From Nemertoderma westbladi (Eukaryota; Animalia; Xenacoelomorpha): a stretch of 64,000 nt of DNA. The notes beneath the pieces were generated by a model. That model ran no database searches, had not been told where the DNA came from, and saw nothing but the letters and a program-made list of their open reading frames with translations. Shown here piece by piece: positions 36,910 through 47,678 of the stretch. The position numbers were made by a program, and so were the translations under genes. How positions within the stretch are numbered: position 1 is the stretch's first letter; every line of letters begins with the position of its first letter. The stretch lies in the NCBI GenBank assembly GCA_032718475.1, contig JAUCBJ010000042.1, positions 1 through 64,000 on the forward strand, written 5' to 3'.

Positions 36910-37300
36910 TTGATATACCGGTATTTACAATAGGCTTATTATATTTATATTTATATATTTGCGCTGAAATTATATACCGGTATTCTGTAATTAATTCTAG
37001 TCTATAATTATACTTATATATACTATAAGTGTAAGCTGTATACCGGTATTCACGATAGGCCTATTATATATTTATATATATTTGCGCTGAAATTATATAC
37101 CGGTATTCTGTGACAAACCTAGTCTGTAATAATTATACTTATATATACTATAAGTGTAAGCTGTATACCGGTATTCACGATAGGCCTATTATATATTTAT
37201 ATATATTTGCGCTGAAATTATATACCGGTATTCTGTGACAAACCTAGTCTGTAATAATACTTATATATATACTATAAGCATACCGGTATTCTAATATATT
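36910..37300 (+). repeat. AT-rich tandem repeats with TACCGGTA cores in the E2 leader
   Basis: GCGCTGAAATTATATACCGGTATTCTGT...GTAAGCTGTATACCGGTATTCACGATAGGCC repeated ~3 times; equivalent array at ~1340-1600 in E1. Confidence 0.85.
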
Positions 37301-37427
37301 ATATATATATATCACGTTACACTGAGTAACAGTATCGGTAATTAATTACTAGGCTAACAGTTGATACTGAATTACTAGACTTGCTTTAACTGTAATATAG
37401 CAGTAGGCATTCAACTGTAAAACAAAC

Positions 37428-40400
37428 ATGTCTGACACAAAGCAAAACCTGCCAGACAGTCTCCTAGATACAACCATCTGTGACCCAGACAGGAGTGTGG
37501 AACGTGTGAGACCGAAGTTCAATTCACCTCCTACTGTAAGAAAGATCATCCCTCCAGTAGTAGTATCAGACCCTAGGCTAGTCCAACACCGTAGGTCTAT
37601 CATAGGCACTCGAGCTCAGGTCAAGCGGGACCAAGAAGCAGCAGAACAGCAGCAACACTCGAGCCGAGAACTTATTTCTCAGCGGCCCGACAGCTCCAGT
37701 AGTGCGGATACTGTAGAGCTGACACCCGAGCGCGGAGCAAAGATGGCAGATGCGGTTTATTCGGATCCCCTTCTCATCCTTCCTGCAGCCGTACTCACTA
37801 GGGTATTGATTGCGGTGGAGGAACACCAGATTGATTGGGCGAGAAGTAAGCGATCGACCAAGGATAGTTGCTAGTCAAATGCAGATGATGAGTCGATCTA
37901 CTCCCAAAAGACAGGGATATACATCATCTGATGACGGCGATACCACCGATCCTGAAGGCGGAGGAAATAGATCTCGTCTAAGCAGATGTAGAAGAATGTC
38001 CCACCATCAGAAATTGCCTGATTTGCCCCCAGCTGTTAGAAGGCAACTAACTAACACAGACTTAGGTAGTACAGAACCTACAGACCAAATAATTAAAATA
38101 GAAAGACTCCCTACTATAGTAGATGAGCCTGAAATAATTAGGCCTGTTCTCGAAGCCACCCCTTCGGTGATAGAGACACCTGTACTCCCAGAAACTACCT
38201 CTAAATTCCCTTTGCACAGTACTAAACTACCTGTGCCCAGTAGGACTGTTCACGAGTCCGAACCCATCCTGGACGCCGAGCGAGATATCAAGAATTTATC
38301 GCCCGTCGTCTCTCGCTCGCCCGCTACTACGTTGGCGACTCCCGCTTCGGCGGTCGAGTGGGTAGCAGAGGGACGACGGGAGATGGGTCTCCTGCTCGGG
38401 CAGTTGAGGGAACACGCAAGTGCTCCTCTCAGCAGGTCCGGGAGATGGAAGGAACTGTTCAGCAGTTCAAGGGCACAGTAAGGGAAAGTAGGTTAGAGTT
38501 GCAAGAGGTGCAGCAGAGTATCGCATTAGAACGCGACAAATTAGTAAATACCCAAAGGGGTATACCATCAACCCCGGTAACAATGTGTCAACCTGTTAGG
38601 TCTGAAGTATTTCATGCGCAAGGTGTGGAGCCTACACGCATCTATACTGCTAGTGAAGTAGAAACTCCTATAGTAAACCCTATTAAGGGTAATTATAAAC
38701 CTGTTGACAATGATATTCCATATAGACTTGATAATAATCCGAGAAATTTATATACCGATAACTCGATATTAAATAACACGATGGCCCAAGAAAGTTTTAC
38801 GCGTCAAATGGCTAGAACCGAAGCCCGTCAAGCGGTAAAGGTGGGAGAGATCGTCAAGTTCAATGGAGATGAGATGAAATGGTTACCTTTTAATGAATAT
38901 TACAAAGATAACATACAGAACTCTGTGCTATCTAACGGAGAGAAATTGAGATTCCTCATCGAGTGCTTGGAAGGATCTCCCAAGTTAATGGCGTTAAAGT
39001 TTATTGGACATCCAGATGGATTAAGACAAGTTTGGGATACACTAAACACCAGGTATGGTAATAGGAATAACATAGCTAGGTATTTGTATGCAAAATTGGT
39101 AGCGCCCCGAAAGTTCATTAGCAGCGGGATTATAGAGTTTTCCGATGAGATTCAGGAGATCTGTAGACAATTAGATTGGCTAGGTAAGTCTCATGAATAT
39201 CAGAGTTCTATGGTTATTGGAGCCGCGGCCTCTACTTTACCTAAGGGTGAAGTAGGTACACGCTGGGATAAGAAAGTGTTATATATGATGGAACAACAAC
39301 GACGAGACCCTACCATGGCTGATCTCATGTCATTCTTAGATGGAGAAGTGAAATTACAGCTCCTAAAGCAGTCCAGAGAGAAGACACCGGAAAACAAGGT
39401 AAGTGAGAAACCCGTTTCTAGGAGAAAGGTAACACCAGTGTGTTATACCGACGACGGCGAAAGCCAGGCTTCTCAAGAAGAAGACAGCAGGAAAGACACT
39501 GAAAGATCTTATTATGTCAACAAAACGCCTAAAGACGTAAGTAAATTCAAGTCTCGAACCAATGACAGGAGAGAACAGGTAAGAAAAACTCCTCCTACGT
39601 CTCCTAAGAGAATTCAGGTAAGAAAGCCCGAAGAAAGAACGAGTGTGCACAACGTTACTCAAAATAAGGCAAGTAACATCAAACCGAAATGTGCGCTGTG
39701 TGACGGGCCCCACCGTTTGAATATGTGTGATAAATTCCTAAAGAAATCATTAAAGGATAGACGTGAAGTCATGTGGGATAAGCGGTTGTGTTATAATTGC
39801 CTCAGACGAGGACACCAACGGCGAACCTGTTAATCCGACGCAAGGTGTGCAAAGTGCGGCGCAAAACATCATATCTTGTTGCACACGGAATTCGAACGAA
39901 ACAGCCCGAGTCAGGTAAGTGAGTCCGAACTACATGTCCAATTCAGTGATGTGAACGACACTGACCAATATTCTGAGATGGAAGGATTCTATACGGACGA
40001 ATTCTCCGACGAAAACGAATCCTGTTACCTGACAAATACCGCAGTGTATCGAGCACTTACGTATGAAAAGGACACAGACAGCGACCTAACCCTAACTACT
40101 TCTGATCGACAACCATCTTGGAAAGCGCCAACTTCCAATGTAGGGATTAGAGAATTTCCTGTGGTACAGATAAGGGTCCACGGACCAAAAGGGAGTTATG
40201 TAGTGAACGCCCTCCTTGACTCCGGTAGTACAGGAACATTCATCGACAAAGAGCTAGCCGAAGACATATTTGCTGGACAACCCAAGTTCCGAACTAAGCT
40301 AAACATGTCAGGAATTATGCAGGTTTGGAAATCTACAGTAACAGCGGATTATTATGTAGGTGCGTTGTCCACCCCCCAGGACGAACTAGGAGAACATAGC

Positions 40401-40441
40401 ATAAGGTCAGTGAAAATGGTGGCAATAAAGAACTTCGCTAC
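37428..40441 (+). pseudogene. gag: gag-protease of E2, with frameshifts (~37830, ~38410) and a stop at 39831
   Basis: DUF1759-like KFNGDEMKWLPF...LSNGEKLRFLIECLEG; knuckles CALCDGPHRLNMC, CYNCLRRGHQRRTC and CAKCGAKHHILLH; aspartic protease NALLDSGSTGTF. Confidence 0.92.
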
Positions 40442-41255
40442 TGTACGCGCTTTTGGAAGACATTTAGCAGTTTAACCCGCCAAAATTTATATGTCTTTTG
40501 GTTTATAAATCGACTCTAGAAGATGACAATATTTAATACCAATAAACACAACATTAGCAGAAGCCAGCCTAGTGCGCGTCCATTCACCCGCTGGATAATC
40601 CCGGGAGACTGGATTCTGAGGGCTTAGATTATTATTGCAGTGAAGCTTACGGTATTGTATTATTCGATTGATCGTTAATAAATAATTTCTGACTAATATT
40701 ATTCACTTTCGGGAAATATTAACAGTTCCTTTAGGACGTGGCGCTCTATCTAGATAGACAGAGATATGACTTACACTAATCACAACGGTAAGTCGGTAAG
40801 GCTTATGATTCACGTATGAGGCGCATTCTTTAGGAAATGCTTAGTTATCAGCCACAATCATGCACGCTACCGGTAACACACAATACTGCTCACTAACTTG
40901 CCGACCGTCAATGAATTTTATCATATATAAAGAAAATAGCAACAGACCAATGTAGTGCTTATCAAATAGCATTAAATTCAATACACACCACAATAATATA
41001 AGTCGCAATCGCTATATATAACCCGTCTTTCTAACCTGTAGTGTATCAAGAAAATTGGGAAATTTGGGTTCTTTATAAATGTTCTCCAGATAATATTCAA
41101 TCAACTGATATAAAATATGACAACAGTAAAAACATTAAGACGGTAGGTTAAGATATAATATGAACAGATATGTACAGTGATATATTAAGAATTGTGCCGC
41201 CGATTTGATTTGATATATGAATTGTTGATTTGATAACAGTCATACGCTCTATAAT
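40442..41255 (-). mobile_element. Inverted, truncated LTR of a diverged subfamily of the same family, inserted in the protease gene
   Basis: Starts precisely with TGTACGCGC (cf. TGTTCGCGC); shares CATTCACCCGCTGGAT and AACAGTTCCTTTAGGACGTGGCGC with the other LTRs. Confidence 0.85.
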
Positions 41256-41265
41256 CTGTGATGTA

Positions 41266-42763
41266 AAGTGATTCCGAACTACATGTCCAATTCAGTGATG
41301 TGAACGACACAGACCAAAGTTCTGAGATGGAAGGATTCTATACGGACGAATTCTCCGATGAAAACGAATCCTGTTACCTGATAAATACCGCAGTGTATTG
41401 AGCACTTACGTATGAAAAGGACACCGACAGCGAGCTCCCCCTAACTACTTCTGACCGACAACCATCTTGGAAAGCACCAACTTCCAATGTAGGAATCCGA
41501 GAATTTCCCGTAGTGCAGTTGAGGGTCCACGGACCTGAAAGGAGTTATATAGTGAACGCCCTCCTTGACTCCGGTAGCACAGGAACATTCATCGACAAAG
41601 AACTAGCCGAAGACATCTTTGCTGGACAACCCAAGTTCCGAACTAAGTTAAACATGTCAGGAATTATGCAGGTTTGGAAATCTACAGTAGTAGCAGATTA
41701 TTATGTAGGTGCGTTGTCCACCCACCAGGATGAACTAGGAGAACACAGTATAAGGTCAGTAAAAATGGTGGCGATAAAGAACTTCGCTACCAGCCAAGTA
41801 GAACCTTATAACTGGGATGAGGACGATTTCACCCAGCAGCTTAAGATACCTAGATTCAACACAGACTACCCTGGAGTGCAAATACTCATCGGCCAAAATG
41901 CGCATGAGGCGCTTGAGACATTGGAGAAACGGCCTGCTCAACCGCAACCACTACAAGCCTATGCGGGAAGAACTAGAGTAGGTTGGTACTTTACTGGCCC
42001 TTCCCGTAGAACTCTCATGGAAAGGTTACCAAAAGAACGGGTATACCAAGTAAGTGAATGGGAAGCGGAGAGCAGTGAGGTAGACGACCCAACTGAGGGA
42101 ACACCATACTCCTCAGATAATGACGATATTAACTCCAATGTAGATCAATGGAGACATTGCCCCGAGACGATTAATCTAGCCGACATCGCTTCCAGAGGAG
42201 CAACTCCTCAAGAACTGACAGATACTCCAGACTGGTTAGGTGGACCCGACTTCCTAAGTAAAGAAGATGAATGGCCTCCCCATCTTACCACGGCTGAGAT
42301 TAGACAAGCCAGGGGAGCGGAGAAAGTCAAACCTAAAACCCGGATGAGTAAATCAAGGTTATTTAAACCCGTGATAGATCTGTCTGTACTACACATTGCC
42401 AGGGACGACACTGTGGATCTAAACTCCCCCACCGCGAACCGATCTGTTGTGGAGATCAGAGAGAGAGACTGGAGATCTGGAACACCAGACGTCTTGCCGG
42501 GACTCTCACCTCTCCTGCCGGGAGCGATGGACCACTATAGATCCTGGAATCGGCTTTGTAAGGCCGTCGTGTATTTGAAGCGATGTTTCTATCGTCACTA
42601 TTCCAGGACGAAGAGGAAACCTGGAATTGTATTCGAAACACAACAACTCAATCGCCCAGTTGGTCGTTTATTGTTTACTGGAAAGAGACCGAGAACTGTC
42701 TGGAAACTATGGAAGGCAAGATACTCTTCCCACGACCACCTCCCTAATCCAACAAACATCTAG
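41266..42763 (+). pseudogene. pol: Second protease copy fused in frame to the C-terminal RNase H-adjacent segment of BEL/Pao Pol (RT and integrase missing)
   Basis: 41266-41790 duplicates 39917-40441. Then ILIGQNA and RTRVGW, followed directly by QWRHCPETINLADIASRG...WLGGPDFL...WP. No YxDD or DDE motifs. Confidence 0.85.
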
Positions 42764-43329
42764 GGACTCCCCAACGTAACAGCGTCTGGAGTGGGTGTGT
42801 GACCATCTTATTTTATATTTGTTTTTATTATTTTATATTTATGTATGTATTATTATGTAATTTTATTATAATCGTTTTCTTTAATTTTATTTAGTAGAAT
42901 GTTATTTTAGCGATTATTTAGTAGATTAGTGCAATATATATTAGTGTTTATTACTTAATTACTTATATATTATATATTTAGTGCGACGGCGAGAAATAAT
43001 TCTTTTTCTCTTTCCTTACTGTCCGTATTACATTATAAATACGTGACTACAGTAAGATGAAATATCCGTACTTATTAAAGTACAATAAAACTCCTACTAT
43101 ATTCAAGTATTATTGGTAAGTAGAGTATTAGGAATGCAAAGTTCAGATCCTCGTGTCTCGGCTAAACCAAGCTCTGGGTAGACCTTGGAAACGACTTGCC
43201 TCTTCTCACTGACATTGCTTCTTGCGATATTGCTCTCATACCGTATATTAAATAATACATATAGTAGCGTGATGTCCCTTTAACAGTAGCGTACAACGCA
43301 AATAAATCTGTTAAACCCTTTGACCATCT

Positions 43330-43597
43330 GTAATTCTAGTCGATTAAGATATCGCGGCACCCACCGATATACTTGAAAGACAAAATTCTAGAATCAGTAG
43401 TTAACGTCCCCAGACAAGTTCTGGAATAAACCGGTGCCCATCTTAAATATTAATTATTAATATTTATAAAGTCTGTCAAATTCAGATCCTTTAAAATTCT
43501 AGTCAATTAAGATATCGTAGCACTTACCGATACTCTTAAAAAGACAAATTTCCTAGAATCAAGGATCCCAGTCCCCAGACATGCTCTGGAATAAAAT
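43330..43597 (+). repeat. Two diverged ~100-bp direct repeats in the E2 3' internal region
   Basis: AATTCTAGTC(G/A)ATTAAGATATCG...GTCCCCAGACA...TCTGGAATAAA at ~43332 and ~43495. Confidence 0.75.
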
Positions 43598-44415
43598 TGT
43601 GTCTATTTAATGTTAAATAATAAAATTTACGGGAATAAATTTAAATTCATCTTTTAATGAATTTGATAAATTGTCATTTTTATACAATTTATAACATTCC
43701 CAAAATTCCCTAAATTAATAGACCATGGGAGCGGAGATTCACCCTATTAAGTGTATTAGTGTGCGAGAATCTCCAATATATAGTCAATAGCCGATAAAAT
43801 TCATAAAATCATGTATAAAGAGGAATATTGACAATTAAAGAATTACTATTAAATAGCATCCCAGATCTGTATGCATGAGAATTACCCTAATTCTACTGCT
43901 AGCTTTCCATAATGTCACCATGGCAACAACCACGCTAGAATTAGAAGTGAGTTAAAAGAACAATAAAGGCTTGCCCCATTGAATAGCATAAGGAATAAAT
44001 AGCATACTGCTAGTATCCCAGGATACCCAATAATAACGTGGCATTCTGGAAGGCACTTGACTAACGGACAAATGGCCCGAATGTGTGCGGTTTGTGACAG
44101 TTGTGTGGAATTTGTGCGTTTATAGGTGAATGTTACTACTAAAGTGTGTTTACAGTAGCGAGTCGCAATTGTGAAAGTAGCCCTAACTCTCCAAGTAAGA
44201 ACCTGAAGTAAATCTAAGCCTTTGGGACGGACGGTGGAGTGACTCGCGCTGGTTGTTGTGGTCGTTGTGCAGCTACTACGTTGGCGATAGGCACATCGGC
44301 GAAAGTACACCAGCGCTGAGGATCTTGCGCTGTCCGGGGGCCGAGAGGGGTAGGCAGCGACGCCCGCTAGCCTAATTATAACTAATTATAATATTGATAA
44401 ACTCATATAGCAGCT

Positions 44416-45774
44416 ATGACTGAATTGATAGAAGATGATCTTGGTATCAGGGAGAAATATACTCCACCGTTGCAAGCATTTGTTGATAGCTTGATACGCA
44501 GCGACGCTAGTCCAACTAATACGGAGGACGATGGTCGTTATATCGAACCGCCGATGTCCCAGGAGCAACTTACGCGTGAATTGGACTATCGAAAATTCAC
44601 TGCTCACTATACGCATCGTAATGGTACGCATATGGACTTCTTAACTACTGGTCATCCTATCGATTTACACTATACGAACGATGTCGACACCGAAAGGGAA
44701 ATGGTACTATTTAAATATTCTACCCAGCGGAGTCGGAACGATAAACTGAAAATAGAATGCGAAAATTCTATTTGAAATCGACTCGAAAGAGAAGACGTTA
44801 AAGAACCGGATAAACGCAGTAACTCCAACGTATATTTGGAATTCTTGAGAGAAACGTTGTAAAACCGAATAAATATCACCCGCGTTTCCCCTTCAAGACG
44901 TGCGTCTTTGGTATTATTGCGATGAATGCCCAAGACCCAACCAACAAACGGAAAGACATAAACATCCGCGGAGACGTTGCTTTAAACACGGTTTTACTCG
45001 CTATATTTACGGGAGTTTCGAGTGAAACTTGTTCGATGTATCACCTACGCTCGCTCGATTCAAACGATCCTTAAATAAACCTATGATCAGAGTTCCGGAA
45101 TACTCGGTCAGACCTTCTCATTCCCTAGTTAGACCTCAGACTCTTGATCCTAATAGTATCACGGATCCTCCCGAACTGTACTCACTGTTCAAAGATCTAG
45201 TGTTACCCGAACGGTTAGTCGGTGGCACTCCAGTTGTGGGCTCCCTAGATATTCGCCCATCTTACCTAGCCGGATTGGGATGCGGACATCTAATATCGCC
45301 ATTCAACCGTATCATCGTCCCTGTTTAACCCGATACAACCTGTCACCAAGGCGGAGGAGAGAGTTGTACGAAACGTGTTGGACACTATTTGTCAAAAGAT
45401 CGGAAAAGGAACCTATAATTGTTTAGAAAAACGTAAATTGCAGCAGCAAGTCCAAGCGGTAAACGAATTAGCTTTATCTCAGTTCGATCAGGAAATCCAG
45501 AATCTCTAAGAAGATATCGAACTTGGACGACCCTATTCTCTGCAAGAGTTTTGGACGAACGCATCCAACGATAAGCGGAGGAAAATCAGCTCGAGGAGAA
45601 GCATATCGAAATGGACGAGACATTGACAGTAACCCTAAACCTTCCGATGCAATTGTATTGCACCCTTTACCCGGGAGTTATAGCCCTCCTAGTAAAGTGG
45701 CTCGCCCCAAAGAGAAAAGGACTCTTGCTAGCCTCAAAAAGCTGCGTAAACGCCGTCCGCGCAAGAAAGACTAA
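44416..45774 (+). pseudogene. Decayed extra ORF (ORF3 position) of unknown function in E2
   Basis: Consecutive protein-like segments in shifting frames (44416-44775, 45029-45328, ~45325-45620, 45523-45774) with higher GC than the flanks, ending ~80 bp before the 3' LTR. Confidence 0.55.
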
Positions 45775-45852
45775 CTGTTTAGAGTATTTTTATATTGTAG
45801 AAACTGTGATTTTGTATATTTTATAGACTCAAATCCCATTTTCTGGGAGCGG

Positions 45853-47028
45853 TGTAAAGGCTTTTGCGGAATTAGCTAGTTATTTTCCCCGCAAAGTACT
45901 CTGTAGTTGTTTTAACGGACATAAAAAGCCGTTTCCTTACTGTACCGGTGTTTTAGTGGACATAAAAAGCCATTTCTTTTGTATGTGTACTTTAGCGGAC
46001 ATAACTAGCGATTTTATGTCGCAATAAGCCAAATACTCTAAACATCGGAACTAAGATGACGACATCTATCAGCTGTGTCCATGTGTAACTTTTTCTTTGT
46101 TCTTTGTTCGTTCTTTGTTCGGTCGACCAATCAGAGCGGTTATCACTCTGTGTTGGAGATTGTATGCAGAGGCTCACTCAATTCAGTCAGTGTGTGTATC
46201 TTTCTAAGCCCAGAACACCGGCTTAGGATTCTTCTGTACTTCTGTGGAAGTTTCAGACTTTAGCCAAACATTAGTAGGCTTTGGTCATAGAAACGTATAA
46301 CTGTTATCTAATCACATATCAAACCAAAACATATTGTCACATACAAACACCGCATTTTTACTGCTATTTACTGTCGGTTATTAATTATATCAGTTGATGG
46401 AATATTATTATATTTGGATAATATCGATAAATAATCATGAAACCCCAATCTTCTTGATATACTGAAGGTAAGAGACAGGTTACATATAGCAATTGCAACT
46501 TACATTAAAGTGGTTTTGGAGTGAATCTAATGCTATTTCATAGGCACTACATGTGTCGGTTGTTGTTCTCTTTATATGTGACTAAAATTAGTGAAGGTCG
46601 GCAGATCGGTGTGCAGCATTGTGCGGTAGTGTGCATGATTGTGACAGATAACAAAGCATCTCCTAAAGAATGCGCTTTATACGTGAATCAATAGCCATCC
46701 CGTTGTGTCTAGTGTAAGTCATAACTCTGTTTACATATTTAGAGCGCCACGTCCTAAAGGAACTGTTAATATTTCCCGAAAGTGAATAATATTTGTCAGA
46801 AATTATATATTAACAATCAGTCGAATAATACAGTAGGCCTACACCGCAATAAGGTCAAAGCTTCCGAATCCAGTCTCCCGGGTATATCCAGCGGGTGAAT
46901 GGTCGCGCATAGACTGGCTTCGGCTAATGTAGTGTATCAAATACTCGTCATAGGCTAAAGTCGATTTATAATCTAGAAGACATCTAAATTTGGCAGGTTA
47001 AACTGCTAAAGGTCTGAAAGCGCGAACA
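45853..47028 (+). repeat. 3' LTR of E2
   Basis: Direct repeat of 33863-35037. Confidence 0.97.
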
Positions 47029-47678
47029 TGGGAAGATAGATAGAAAGGTGGATGGGAATGTGGGAAGATAGATAGAAAGGTGGATGGGATGTGGGAAGAT
47101 AGATATAAAGGTGGATGGGATGTGGGAAGATTGATAGAAATGTGGGAAGATAGATAGAAATGTGGATGGGAATGTGGGAATATATATAGAAAGGTGGGTG
47201 GGAATGTGGGAAGATGGATAGGAATGTGGGAAGATAGATAGAAAGGTGGATGGGAATGTGGGAAGATAGATAGAAATGTGGATGGGAATGTGGGAAGATA
47301 GATTAAACGTGGATGGGAATGTCGGAAGATGGATAGGAATGTAGGAAGATGGATAGGAATGTGGGAAGATAGATAGAAAGTTGGATTGGAATGTGGGAAG
47401 ATGGATAGGAATGTGGGAAAATAGATAGAAAGGTGGGTGGGAATGTGGGAAGATGGATAGGACTGTGGGAAGATAGATAGAAAGGTGGATGGGAATGTGG
47501 GAAGATAGATAGAAAGGTGGGTGGGAATGTGGAAAGATAGATAGAAAGTTGGATGGGAATGTGGGAAGATGGTTAGGAATGTGGGAAGATAGATAGAAAG
47601 GTGGGTGGGAATGTGGGAAGATGGATAGGAATGTGGGAAGATAGATAGAAAGGTGGGTGGGAATGTGGGAAGATGGAT

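Larger units (their letters stand above)
33863..47028 (+). mobile_element. BEL/Pao LTR retrotransposon E2, 13.2 kb, non-autonomous (no RT, no integrase), 5-bp TSD TGGGA
   Basis: Two ~1175-bp LTRs with about 12 differences by eye, TSD at 33858-33862 and 47029-47033, BEL-type Gag, three zinc knuckles and protease, and a short PPT-like GGGAGCGG before the 3' LTR. Confidence 0.95.

Noticed and set aside
44416-45774. Calling ORF3 an env gene
   Set aside because: No signal peptide, furin site with fusion peptide, or transmembrane anchor is visible in any frame.
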